A DNA stretch of 64,000 bases, from the NCBI GenBank assembly GCA_963709345.1, contig CAVPVX010000002.1, positions 320,001-384,000 of the forward strand. The letters are read 5' to 3'. The translations under genes and the position numbers were made by a program. Under the pieces are notes generated by a model, which made no database searches, had not been told where the DNA came from, and worked only from the letters and a program-made list of their open reading frames with translations. Origin of the DNA: an uncultured Actinomycetes bacterium (GTDB lineage: Bacteria > Actinomycetota > Thermoleophilia > UBA2241). Position 1 is the first letter of the stretch, and the number at the start of each line of letters is the position of its first letter. Shown piece after piece: positions 10,333 to 20,958 of the stretch.

Positions 10333-11785
10333 CCAGCCACGCCGACGGACGCTACGTCGGGCCGAGGCGGCCGCTCCGGCTCCTGGAGGCGGCCGACGTG
10401 GAACGCATCCATCAGGCCTCGCTCGACGTGCTCGCCGAGACAGGCGTCATGTTCCACTCGCAGCGGGCGCTCGACGTGCTCGAGGCCCACGGCGCCACGG
10501 TGGACCGCGAGACGACCGTCGCCCGCATTCCCGCAGCGGCCGTCGCCGAGGCGCTCACTACTCTCCCCGCCGGATTCACCCTCGGCGGGCGCACCCCCGA
10601 GTTCGATCTCCCCCTCGACGGGGAGCACGCCTACCTCTGCTCCGACGGCTGCGCCACCTTCGTGCGTGAAGCCGACGGCACGGTGCGGCCGAGCGTCAAG
10701 CAGGACGTCTACGACGCGGCTCGCGTCGTCGACGGCCTGCCCAACCTCTCGGCCACCTCGGCGCTCGTCTCGGCCCAGGACACGCCCGAGGAGAGCCGCG
10801 TCCTGCACGAGTTCGACGCCTGCGTGCGCGCCTCGCGCAAGCACAGCGTCGTCGTCAGCATCAAGGACGCCGCCGAAGCCAGGCCGCTGATCCGCATGGC
10901 GGAGGCGATCGCGGGCGGGGCGGCGGAACTCAAGGCTCGCCCGGCCTTCTCGGTCGTCCTCTGCACGGTGAGCCCGCTGCACCAGGAGCGCTTCGGCATG
11001 GAGCTCGCCTTCGAACTGGCCGAGGCGGGCATCCCGATCTGCTCTACCCGATGCCGATCCTCGGCGCAACGGCGCCGGTCACGCCCGCCGGCGTGGCCGT
11101 CGTCAACACCACCGAGATCCTCGCCGCGGTCACCGCCGTGCAGCTCGCCTGCCCCGGCGCGAAGATCGTCCACGCCGGCGGCCCGACCTCGCTCTTCATG
11201 CGCACGGGCGCCTACTTCGCCAACGTCCCTGAGGCCCTGCTCCTGCGCGCCGCGCAGGCGCAGATGGCCTCGTTCTACGGAATGCCCGCCGGCCTCGGGT
11301 GGGGCGGGACCAAAGCCAAACAGCCTGAAGCTCAAGCTGCCTACGAGAACACGCTCGGCATGGTGCTCGAGATGGCGGCCGGCGCGGACTTCCTCTTCGG
11401 CGCCGGCCTCCTCGACAGCGTGCAGCAGATGTCGCTCGAGGAGCTGGTGATCGCCGACGAGGTGTTCGGCATGGTCACGCACCTGCTGCGCGGCGTCGCG
11501 GTCGACCGCGAGACTCTGGCGGTCGACCTCATCAAGAAGCTCGGCTTCCGCGGCGACTACCTGTTCGAGCCGCACACACGCGATCACGTGCGCGAGCTGT
11601 GGCGGGCGCGCCTCGGCGAGACCGGCACCTACGAAGGCTGGAAGAGCGCGAGCAGCCCGCGTCTGGAAGACAAGGCGCGGGCCGTCGCCGATGGCCTCCT
11701 CGCCGCCCCCGCACCCGAGTTCCCCGCGGACCTGGACCGCGAATTCAGCGAGATCATCGCCGCGGCCGAGTCCGGCCGCGTCTGA
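10329..11785 (+). CDS. Trimethylamine methyltransferase family (non-Pyl MttB), one frameshift near 11040
   Basis: IHQASLDVLAETGV, CTVSPL, PMPILGATAPVT, AKQPEAQAAYE; frame changes at GIPI/LYPMP (one base missing); ATGA overlap with the racemase stop. Confidence 0.85.
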
Positions 11786-11796
11786 AAGGATCCACC

Positions 11797-13261
11797 ATGG
11801 CATACGCAGACAAGTGCTACGTCGGCAAGCGAGTGAAGCTCGAGCTGCTCGACGAGACCGAGATCGGGCAGATCCACGAGGCGACCCTCGACGTGATCGA
11901 GAGCGTCGGCGTCAAGTTCCACTCGCAGAGCGCGCTCGACATCCTCGAGGCCCACGGCGCGACCGTGGACCGCGAGACGACGGTGGCGAAGATCCCGGCC
12001 GCCGTCGTCGAGCAGGCGATGAGCACCGCGCCGCACGAGTACACCCTCGGCGCGCGCAACCCCGAGTACGACCTGCCGCTGGACGGTGAGCACGTCTACA
12101 TCAGCTCCGACGGCTGTGGCGTCTTCTACCGCGACCCGACCACCGGCGAGGTGCGCTCCTCGCGCAAGGAGGATCTCGAGAACTGCGCCCGGGTCGTGCA
12201 GGCGCTCGACAACGTCAGCGCCACGAGCGCCGTGGTCAGCGCCCAGGACTGCCCGACCGAGACACGCGTGCTGCACGAGTTCGACGCCTGCGTGCGCAAC
12301 TCCGAGAAGCACAGCATCGTCGTCAGCATCAAGGAGGACTGGGAGGCGCGCAGCCTGATCAAGATGGCCGAGGCGATGGCCGGCGGCAAGGAAGAGCTGA
12401 AGCGCCGGCCGATGTTCACCACCATCATCTGCACCGTGAGCCCGCTCCACCAGGAGCGCTACGGCATGGACCTCGCGCTGACTCTCGCCGAGGCCGGCAT
12501 CCCCGTGAGCCTCTACCCCATGCCGATCCTCGGCGCGACGGGCCCCATCACGATCGCCGGCTCGCGCCGTGGTCAACAACGCCGAGTTCCTGAGCGGCGC
12601 CGTGCTCGTACAGCTCGCCCACCCGGGCGCCCCCGTGATGCACGGCGGCGGCCCCACGGCGATGTACATGAGCTCCGGCGCCTACGCGAGCAACTCGCCG
12701 GAGGCCCTGCTGCTGAGAAGCTGCCAGGGCCACATGGCCGATTTCTACGGCGTGCCGGCCTGGTACGGCGCCGGCGCCACCACCGCCAAGGAACCCGGCA
12801 TCCAGAGCGCCTACGAGAACGCCCTGGCGATGTTCATGGCGTACTCCAACGGCGCCGACGTCACGTTCGGCACCGGCCTGCTCGACGGCTCGCGCATCCT
12901 CTGCCTCGAGAACATGGTCGTGGACGACGAGATCATCGGCATGGTCAAGCGCATCCTCACGGGCATCGAGGTGAGCGATGAGACGCTGGCCGTCGATCTC
13001 ATCAAGAAGATGGGCTTCAACGGCAACTACCTCTTTGACAACCACACTCGAGCGCACGTGCGCGAGCTGTGGCAGGCCAAGCTCGGCGAGACCGGCAGCT
13101 ACGAGGCCTGGAAGACCGCCGGCGCGAAGAGCACGACCGAGAAGGCCCAGGACAAGGTGGCCGAGATCCTCGCCGCCGACCCCGTGCCGTTCCCGGCCGA
13201 CCTCGGCGCCGAGTTCGACGCGATCATCGCCGCGGCGGCGAAGGAGGCCACGGCCCGCTAG
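11797..13261 (+). CDS. Trimethylamine methyltransferase family (non-Pyl MttB), one frameshift near 12564
   Basis: IHEATLDVIESVGV, CTVSPL, PMPILGATGPITIAG; one extra base before AVVNNAEFL; AKEPGIQSAYE; close paralog of the upstream gene. Confidence 0.85.
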
Positions 13262-13448
13262 AGACCGCGCCGCGCGACGAGGGCGGGCACGGCGGGAGCC
13301 GAGTGCCGAGCTGCAGCCGCCGGATCGAGGTCGTCGTGAAGGAGCGGACCCGGCTGACCCTCCCCGCCGGGGCTGCGATTGCGGTAGCATGAGGCGCGGG
13401 CGGCGCTGCCGCCCGCGCCTCGCGCGCACCCCAAGCCGGAGCGACGCC

Positions 13449-15521
13449 GTGACCGCCACCAGAGTCCGCGAAGAGGGCTTCAGCAAAGACGCCGACAAGC
13501 TCATCCGCAGGCTCAGCCTGGTCGCCCTGCTGCTCTCGCGCCGCGGGCAGCCGGTGACCGTCGCCGAGATCCGCAGCCGCGTAGAGGGCTACCCGATGAT
13601 GACGGAGGAAGCCTTCAAGCGACGCTTCTACGAGGACCGCCGCGAACTCGAGGGGCTCGGCATCGTGATCGCCGCGGATGACGGCGCGAGCGGCGGCGGG
13701 CCGGAGCTCTACAGCCTGCCCGCCGACGCCTACTACCTCGCCCCCGTCGAGCTCACCGGTGACGAACTGGCGGCGCTGGCCGCCTGCCTCGCGGTGCTTG
13801 AAGACCGCTTCGCCTATTCCCAGCCCATGCGCCTGGCGCTGCTCAGCCTGGCACAGGGCCGCCCGGACCTGCTCGGCGAGGCGGAGACGCCGCCGCTCAC
13901 GGTCGTCCCCGAGACACGCGCACCGGCGACGGCGTTGCCGAAGCTCCAGGCGGCCGTCGCGGAGCGGAAGACCGTCAAGTTCAGGTACTACGCCATCGGC
14001 CGCGACCAGGAGATGGAGCGCGTCGTCGACCCGTACGGCCTGCAGCTCGTCGCCGGCGAGTGGTACCTCGTCGGCCGTTGCCATCTGAGGGACGCCCGGA
14101 GGACCTTCCGCCTCTCGCGGATCCGCTCGCGCGTCACGCACGCGACCAGAGCGCCGCACGACTTCGTCGTCCCCGGCGGCTTCGACCTCGCAGCCTATCG
14201 CGACCGCCCCTCGTGGCAGCTGGCGGAGCCTCGCGGCGCGGCGCGCGTCCGCGTGTCCGCGGCGATGGCGTGGTGGGTCCAGGCGCACTGGGCCCACTGC
14301 GGGTCCGTGACGCCGCTGGACGACGGCGCGATCGTCTACGAGACCCCCTACGCCGACGCGAGACCGCTGCTCGGCTGGGTGCTCGGTCTCGCCGACGAGG
14401 CGGAGCTCCTCGAGCCGCCGGAACTGCGCGCCGAACTCGGCGAGCGCCTTGAGCGGCTCGCCGGCATGCTGGCTGCGCCACCTGCTCAGGCGCCGGCCCG
14501 GCCGGCCGGCGGCGCGACCGATCCCGGACGGCGGCGGCGGCGCCCCGCCGACGACTGGCGTGTCGAGGTCGACCGCTTCACCCGACTCACGGCGCTGACG
14601 AGCTACCTCCTGCGCCGCTGCGCCGGCGACGAGGCCGTGTTCGACCTCGCCGAGATCCGGTCCGCCCTCGGCGTCGGCGCCGACGAACTGCGCGCCGACG
14701 TGCGCCTGCTCAACCTCGTCAACTTCGGCGCCGACGGAGCCTTGCTCTTCGCCGAGTTCGAGGGCCGGATGAAGCTGCGCGTGACCTGCGACCTGGCAGG
14801 CCCGGCGCTGGCGCGCCCCGCCCGCCTCTCGCCTCTTCAGGCCGACACGCTGCTGCTCGCGATCGAGCTCGTCGGCGGCCAGGTCCCGACCGCCTCCGGC
14901 GGCGCCCTCACCTCCGCCGCCGCGAAGCTCTGGGCCGCACGCGGAGAAGGCGCGTCGACCCTCGCGAGCGGTGACCTGCTGGTGCCCGCCGGCGACGTCC
15001 TCACCACCGTCAACTCGGCCGTCGCCGCGCGCCGGCTCCTCGAGATCGAGTACTGGACCGAAGGCACCGACCGGGTCACCAGGCGGACCGTGGAGCCCTA
15101 CCTGCTGGTGCACAGCCGCGGTGAGTGGTACTACGTCTGTTGGTGCCGCACCGCAGGGGGCACGCGTGTGTTCCGCGTGGCGACCACCAAGAGCGCCCGC
15201 CCGCTCGACCAGACGTTCACCCCCAGGCCCGAGGTGGAGCTGGATGTCTATCGCCGCGAAGGCATCCCCACGTCCCGCAGCTACGCGCCTCACACCGCGA
15301 CGGTGTGGTACAGCCCCGCCGTCGCCCGATGGATCGCCGAACGCCAGCCGGTGCGCCTGCTCGCCGACGGCGCCTGCCTCGCTCCTCAGCCTTACGTCGA
15401 CGAACGCTGGCTGGCCGGCCACCTGCTGCGCTTCGCCGACCAGGCGTGCCCGCTCGACCCGCCCGAGGCGACGGCCGGCGTCCTCGCCACTGTCGAGCGC
15501 CTGCGGGAGCGCTACCGGTGA
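13449..15521 (+). CDS. Naturally fused PafBC-like regulator (HTH-WYL-WCX x2)
   Basis: FKRRFYEDRREL, VDPYGL..GEWYLVG..RTFRLSRI; second module RTVEPY..EWYYVCWC..RVFRV; GTG start inferred. Confidence 0.85.
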   Translation: MTATRVREEGFSKDADKLIRRLSLVALLLSRRGQPVTVAEIRSRVEGYPMMTEEAFKRRFYEDRRELEGLGIVIAADDGASGGGPELYSLPADAYYLAPVELTGDELAALAACLAVLEDRFAYSQPMRLALLSLAQGRPDLLGEAETPPLTVVPETRAPATALPKLQAAVAERKTVKFRYYAIGRDQEMERVVDPYGLQLVAGEWYLVGRCHLRDARRTFRLSRIRSRVTHATRAPHDFVVPGGFDLAAYRDRPSWQLAEPRGAARVRVSAAMAWWVQAHWAHCGSVTPLDDGAIVYETPYADARPLLGWVLGLADEAELLEPPELRAELGERLERLAGMLAAPPAQAPARPAGGATDPGRRRRRPADDWRVEVDRFTRLTALTSYLLRRCAGDEAVFDLAEIRSALGVGADELRADVRLLNLVNFGADGALLFAEFEGRMKLRVTCDLAGPALARPARLSPLQADTLLLAIELVGGQVPTASGGALTSAAAKLWAARGEGASTLASGDLLVPAGDVLTTVNSAVAARRLLEIEYWTEGTDRVTRRTVEPYLLVHSRGEWYYVCWCRTAGGTRVFRVATTKSARPLDQTFTPRPEVELDVYRREGIPTSRSYAPHTATVWYSPAVARWIAERQPVRLLADGACLAPQPYVDERWLAGHLLRFADQACPLDPPEATAGVLATVERLRERYR

Positions 15522-15790
15522 TCGCCGCCGACCCCGCCTACGCAGCGTACCTCGCGGGCTGGGCCTTCTTCGCCTACGGGCCGCAGTTCGTCCTCTGCCT
15601 CCTGTTCGCCTGGTGGGCGGCGCGCCGCGCCGGCGGTGACCGGCTGAACTGGATGGCGGTGGGCTTCCTCTGGTCGCTTGTCCCGTTCGCCGGGGTCGTC
15701 GTCATGTGGTGGCTCTGGCGCGGCGCGGAGAAGCGGAGGCCGGCGCGCGACACGTCGACCGGCGCCGACGGACGGACCGCCACACCGTGA
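15518..15790 (+). CDS. Small membrane protein
   Basis: Two or three hydrophobic helices; GTGA overlaps with both neighbours. Confidence 0.6.
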   Translation: MIAADPAYAAYLAGWAFFAYGPQFVLCLLFAWWAARRAGGDRLNWMAVGFLWSLVPFAGVVVMWWLWRGAEKRRPARDTSTGADGRTATP

Positions 15791-17073
15791 ACGAGGCGCC
15801 CTGGGTCGCCTGCGGCGCGGCGCGCCTCGGCGTGCCCCGCGCCGACGCCTTCGAGCCGCCTGCGGAGCGCGTGCCGCTCCCGGACCTCGAGGCGGCTCTG
15901 GCGCCGGCGCTCGCCCGGCCACTCGGCGCGCCGCGCCTGCGCGAGCTGGCGCGCGGCGCACAGTCGGTGGTCGTGACCATCCCCGACGCGTCCCGACCTT
16001 GCCCGAGCCCACCGGTACTCGAGGCTCTGCTGGGCGAGCTTGAGGCGGCCGGCGTTTCCGCGAACGCCGTGACGGTCGTCGTCGGCTGTGGTCTGCATGC
16101 AACGACGGGTCCGGCCGGCCGCGAACTGCTCGCCGGCCGTGAGCTCGCCGGCCGCGTCGAAGTGATCGACGCCCAGGGCATCGAGTCCGAGGTCGCCGAC
16201 CTGGGCACGACCGGCGACGGCACGCCGGTACGCATCGCCCGGCGCGTCGCCGCCGCGGATCTCGCGATCACCGTCGGCATCGTCGAGCCGCACCTGTACG
16301 CCGGCTTCTCCGGTGGCGTCAAGGGCGTCGCCATCGGCTGCGCCGGTCACGAGACCATCGCGTGGACACACCGCCCCGCCTTCATCTCGGCGCCCGGCGT
16401 CACGCTGGGCAGGCTCCGCGGCAATCCGTTCCAGTCGACACTCCGCGAGATCGCCGCACGCACGCCGCTCGGCTGGGGCGTCAATCTCGTCGTAGACGAC
16501 GGCGGACGCGCCGCCGGCGTGTACGCCGGCGATCCGGCCGCCGTCCAGGAAGCCCTGGCGAGCGTGCACGCCGGCGCGTGGCTGCGCTCCGTCGCGGGCC
16601 GCTTCGACGTCGTCGTCGCCGGCGTGTGCCGGCCCAAGAGCGATAACCTGTACCAGGCGAGCCGGGCGGCTACCTCGATCGGGCTCGCCGCCCGGCCGGC
16701 CGCCACGGAGGGCGGCCTCATCGTGATCTGCGCCGACCTGCCCGACGGCGCCGGGCGAGGGCCGGGAGAGCTCAACTTCCTGGCCGTCCTCGAAGCCGCC
16801 GCTTCGCCGGCGGAGCTCACGGCTCGCGGGCTTCGTGAGCCGCTCGGACCGGGTGGCCAGCGCGCCTTCGTCGTCGCCCGCGTCCTCGAACGGCGGCGCC
16901 TCGCCGTCGTGGGCGCCGGCGACCCGGCGTTCCTCGCGCCGCTCGAGCGCCTCGGCGTGGCCGCGTTCGACTCTGTGGACGCCGCTCTCGCCGCCGAGGA
17001 CCGGCGGCTCGGTCACCGCGCGCGAGTGCTGGCGGTGGCGGACGCGCTCACCACCACGGTGTCCGTGGTCTGA
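15787..17073 (+). CDS. LarA-family nickel-pincer-dependent racemase/epimerase
   Basis: PDASRP, GCGLH, EPHLYAGFSGGVKG, TIAWTH, DNLYQASRA. Confidence 0.8.
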   Translation: MNEAPWVACGAARLGVPRADAFEPPAERVPLPDLEAALAPALARPLGAPRLRELARGAQSVVVTIPDASRPCPSPPVLEALLGELEAAGVSANAVTVVVGCGLHATTGPAGRELLAGRELAGRVEVIDAQGIESEVADLGTTGDGTPVRIARRVAAADLAITVGIVEPHLYAGFSGGVKGVAIGCAGHETIAWTHRPAFISAPGVTLGRLRGNPFQSTLREIAARTPLGWGVNLVVDDGGRAAGVYAGDPAAVQEALASVHAGAWLRSVAGRFDVVVAGVCRPKSDNLYQASRAATSIGLAARPAATEGGLIVICADLPDGAGRGPGELNFLAVLEAAASPAELTARGLREPLGPGGQRAFVVARVLERRRLAVVGAGDPAFLAPLERLGVAAFDSVDAALAAEDRRLGHRARVLAVADALTTTVSVV

Positions 17074-17142
17074 CGTTCACTTCCTTCACCCGAGGTTTAG
17101 CCGCCGGTAAGAATTCAGGCAGGACCCCAGAGGAGGTGAGCC

Positions 17143-18288
17143 ATGAACGGCATGCGGATCGGTCGACTGTTCGGCATCGACGTGGCCATCCATCCGAGTT
17201 GGTTCTTCGTTCTCGTCCTCGTCACCTTCACGCTCGCCACGAGCTTCTTCCCCGTCGGCTACCAGGATTGGGGGCCCGTCGCGACTTGGGGCGCCGCCCT
17301 GTCCGCCACACTCCTCCTGTTCGGCTCCGTGCTGGCGCACGAGTTCGGCCACTCGCTCGTGGCGCGGTCGCAGGGTATCCCCGTGCGCGGCATCACGCTC
17401 TTCCTCCTCGGGGGCGTCGCGAGCCTCGAACGGGATCCGGACACCCCGGGCCGCGAAGCCTGGATGGCGATCGCCGGTCCGCTGGTCAGCGTGGCGATCG
17501 CAGCAGGCTCCCTTGGTCTGGCTCTCGTCCTGCCCGGCCCCGAGCAACTGGTGGCCGTGCTCCTGTACCTGGGGCTGGCAAATGCCGTCCTGGTCGTGTT
17601 CAACCTCCTCCCCGGCTTCCCGCTGGACGGCGGGCGCGTGCTCCACGCCCTTCTCTGGTGGCGGTCGCACAACCTCCTGCGCGCAACGAAGCAGGCGGCG
17701 GTCGTCGGCCAGGTCTTCGCCTGGGCGTTCATCTCCCTGGGCGCCCTCCAGTTGTTCGGCGGTGGAGGCTTCGGCGGTGTCTGGCTGGCGCTGATCGGCT
17801 GGATGATGATCCAGGCGGCGCGGGCGACTGCCGGCCAGGCGGAGCTCGAACATGATCTCGCCGGCGTGCCTGCAAAGCGCCTCATGACCCGCCCGGCCGG
17901 CTGGCTCCCGCCGTACGTGACTGTCGAGTGGGCGACCCACGACCGGTTCACCGACTACGAGTCCCGCTGCCTCCCAGTCGCCGGAGACGGGATCGACGCC
18001 GACTACGACGGGCTGGTGTGCGCCGCAGATCTCGAACGTTCGCCCCGCGACCGCTGGAATCTCGACCGCGTACGCGACGTGATGGTGCCGGCCGAGGCGC
18101 TCCCGTCCGTGTCCCCAGACGACGACGCCACCGCCGTCCTTCGAGCTATGCGCGATCGCTCCGCCGACCGCGCCGTCGTGGTCGACGAGGAGGGTCACCT
18201 GCTGGGGTTCATCGACCGGGCGGCGGTCGCGCGCTACACGCGCTACCCGCATCGCCGGCACGAGACGCCCGCTCCCAAGGCCGCCTAG
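17143..18288 (+). CDS. Site-2 protease (M50) with CBS domains
   Basis: HEFGH, IAGPLVS, FNLLPGFPLDGGR; C-terminal CBS pair. Confidence 0.9.
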   Translation: MNGMRIGRLFGIDVAIHPSWFFVLVLVTFTLATSFFPVGYQDWGPVATWGAALSATLLLFGSVLAHEFGHSLVARSQGIPVRGITLFLLGGVASLERDPDTPGREAWMAIAGPLVSVAIAAGSLGLALVLPGPEQLVAVLLYLGLANAVLVVFNLLPGFPLDGGRVLHALLWWRSHNLLRATKQAAVVGQVFAWAFISLGALQLFGGGGFGGVWLALIGWMMIQAARATAGQAELEHDLAGVPAKRLMTRPAGWLPPYVTVEWATHDRFTDYESRCLPVAGDGIDADYDGLVCAADLERSPRDRWNLDRVRDVMVPAEALPSVSPDDDATAVLRAMRDRSADRAVVVDEEGHLLGFIDRAAVARYTRYPHRRHETPAPKAA

Positions 18289-18315
18289 CCTGTCCGCCCT
18301 CCGGAGGCCGCGATC

Positions 18316-20958
18316 TCAGGGTAGTCTGATGGCGACGACGGCGCAGTCGTCGGCGAGCACCCCGCCGGAGTACTCCTTGACCGTCTCCAGCAGGGCGTCG
18401 GCCAGGTCCTGGCTGTCGAGCAGGATGTTGGCGCGGATGGCCTGCCTGAGCCGCGCCTCTCCGAACAACACCTGGTCACGCCGGGCCTCGGTGATGCCGT
18501 CGGTGTACATGACGACGCACGAGCCGTCGGGCAGGACGGCCCGGTTGGTGGGATACGTGGCGCCGCGGAAGATGCCTATCGGGACGTTGCCCTCTTCCGG
18601 CATCGGGAAGTCGCCGTGACCGGCCAGCACGATCGGCCGCGGATGGCCGGCGACCGCGTACTCGAACATATGCCTCGCCACGTCGATGTAGGCGACGACG
18701 ATCGTGACGAACGGCTGGTTCGGGGTCTGCGCGATGACCGCGGCGTTGAGCCGGGAGAGGGCTTCTCCCGGCGACCCCTCCGCCGCATACGCGCGCAGCA
18801 TGTAGCGAACGACGGCGGACTGGGCGGCGGCGCCGAGGCTCTTGCCGCACACGTCGCCGACGATGACCATGAGGCGGCCGGGGCCGAGCGTCACGAGGTC
18901 GTAGAAGTCGCCGCCGACACGGGCTGCGTCGGTGGCGGCCCGGTAGTGGACGCCCACCTCGATGCCGGGTATCGCCGGCGGCTCCATGAGCAGCGCCTGC
19001 TGGAAGGTCTCGGCGATCGCGTGCTCGCGCTGGTACGCGATCGCGTTGTGGAGGCTGGCGCTGAGCTGCGCCGCCAGCGTGGCGATGAGCAGGCGGTCCT
19101 CGTCGTCGAAGCCGCCCTGCAGCTTGTCGGCGACAACCAGTACCGTCTGCTGCGGCGCCGCGTCGCCTTCGAGCGTCGCGAACAGCAGCCCGCCGCTCTC
19201 CCCCACCGGCGCCACGGCCACGTCGCCGCCGGCGAAGCTCTCGTCGTCAGGCATCGCCAAGGCGACGCCACAGCGCTCGAGCAGGTCGGCCTCGGCGGCC
19301 GCGAGAACGTTCGGCGAAGCCGTCCCGGACACGGCCAGGGAGCGCACCGCGAGGTATTCGCCGCCACCCGTCACGACGGCGGCGGCGCGCACGTGCAGCA
19401 GATCGAGTGAGCCGCGCGTCACCTCGTCGAGGACGTCCTGCAGGTCGGCGCGGTCGAGCCGCTGGTTGAGCTCGACCGCGAACGACTGCAGACGCTGCAA
19501 GCGCCGGGCCAGGCGGTCGCGCCTCTCGGTGGTGGCCCGCTGCTGGTCGAAGAGGCGCGCCTTGTCGATCGCGAGCGCGGCGAATCGGCAGATCGTGCGC
19601 GCGAGCTCGACCTCCTCGTCGCTGAAGTCGCGCCCCTCGCGGTGATCCATCAGATAGACGAGCGCGAGCACGCGGTCGCGGATCCTGAGCGGGATGAGGA
19701 GCTCGGCGTGATGCCCCAAGCGCTGCATGTACTCGCGCTCCGCGTCGTTCAGGCGCGGATCGCCGGTCGAGGTCACCATCACCGGCCGGCGACTGTTGAT
19801 GGCCAGAGCGCTCGTGGCGTAGTAATCGATGGGGTACTCGCAACCGAGGGCCTCCTGGGTCTGGAAGGCGCCGTCGTCGTAGTTCACGAGCGAGCGTATG
19901 ACTCCGGCATCGGCATCCACCTCGTAGATCTCGCAGGCGCGCATCCCCAGCGTGTCGAGCAGGCGCGTGACGACCGCCTCCAGCACTTCACTCATGTCGA
20001 TGCTCTCGGCGAAGTCGAGGCTGGAATCGCGCACCAACTCGAGGTCGCGGCGACGCCGGTTGAGCTCGAGCATGAGGCGCACGTTGTCGACCGTGACGCC
20101 GACGTAGCGGGCAAGGCCCTCGGCGAGCGCGACCTGCTCGCCGCTGTACTCGCCGTAGTCCTGCGGCCGGTTGTAGATCATGACGCCCACCTCGCGCTCC
20201 AGCGCCCTCAGGGGCAGGAGGAGCACGCGCTCTAGACGGATGTGCGCGGCCAGCGGCGCCAGCGGCGCGGCGTCGGCGGAGCTGAAGTCGCGCGTCAGGG
20301 CAGTGTCGGCATGGATCGCCTGCACCGCGAGAGGAACGTCGGCGTACGGCGCCACGATGGCTCGCGCGTCGATCCCCATCCCGAAGCCGGCGCGCCCCAC
20401 CCACTTTCTACCCTCGATGAGCAGCAGGAGTCCGTTGGTGGCGTCGAGCTGTTCACCGAGGCGTTCCAGCGCGTACTCGAGCAACTCGTCGAGGTCGTCG
20501 CGGGACCGGCCGCTGCCGAGGATGTCGGCGCCCGCCTCAGAGAGTTGAGCGCGGAGGATCGAGTGCTCGCTGATCGTGGCGAGCCTCTTGATGAGATACG
20601 AGAGCATGACCAGGGCGCCGCCCACGATCGCCCCATACAGGAGCACGAGGACGCCGTCCGAGTCCAGTCGTGCCTCCCAGAACAGGACGAAGGCCTGCAA
20701 CGCCAGCGTCACCGCGACCGCGAACGCCACCGCGCGTTCGTTGACGGCGAGCGCCAGGAAGACGAGAGGCACCACGTAGAGGCCGTTCATGAACAGGCCG
20801 GCCACGGACATGTCGAACACGAAGGCCGCGGCGATCCCGGCCGCCCCCGCGATGCCGCAGAGTACGGGATGTCGGCGCAGCCAGCCGATGGTGCGGAGCA
20901 GCCGCGGGTGGCGCCGCCGCTCCTGAGCGAACGAACCCTTGGTCTCCGCGACCGGCAT
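18316..20958 (-). CDS. Membrane-anchored multi-GAF PP2C/SpoIIE-family phosphatase
   Basis: N-terminal TM helices, three GAF-like segments, VGGDFYD, GDVCGK, AGHPRP, YTDGITEA, DDCAVV. Confidence 0.88.
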   Translation of the reverse strand: MPVAETKGSFAQERRRHPRLLRTIGWLRRHPVLCGIAGAAGIAAAFVFDMSVAGLFMNGLYVVPLVFLALAVNERAVAFAVAVTLALQAFVLFWEARLDSDGVLVLLYGAIVGGALVMLSYLIKRLATISEHSILRAQLSEAGADILGSGRSRDDLDELLEYALERLGEQLDATNGLLLLIEGRKWVGRAGFGMGIDARAIVAPYADVPLAVQAIHADTALTRDFSSADAAPLAPLAAHIRLERVLLLPLRALEREVGVMIYNRPQDYGEYSGEQVALAEGLARYVGVTVDNVRLMLELNRRRRDLELVRDSSLDFAESIDMSEVLEAVVTRLLDTLGMRACEIYEVDADAGVIRSLVNYDDGAFQTQEALGCEYPIDYYATSALAINSRRPVMVTSTGDPRLNDAEREYMQRLGHHAELLIPLRIRDRVLALVYLMDHREGRDFSDEEVELARTICRFAALAIDKARLFDQQRATTERRDRLARRLQRLQSFAVELNQRLDRADLQDVLDEVTRGSLDLLHVRAAAVVTGGGEYLAVRSLAVSGTASPNVLAAAEADLLERCGVALAMPDDESFAGGDVAVAPVGESGGLLFATLEGDAAPQQTVLVVADKLQGGFDDEDRLLIATLAAQLSASLHNAIAYQREHAIAETFQQALLMEPPAIPGIEVGVHYRAATDAARVGGDFYDLVTLGPGRLMVIVGDVCGKSLGAAAQSAVVRYMLRAYAAEGSPGEALSRLNAAVIAQTPNQPFVTIVVAYIDVARHMFEYAVAGHPRPIVLAGHGDFPMPEEGNVPIGIFRGATYPTNRAVLPDGSCVVMYTDGITEARRDQVLFGEARLRQAIRANILLDSQDLADALLETVKEYSGGVLADDCAVVAIRLP

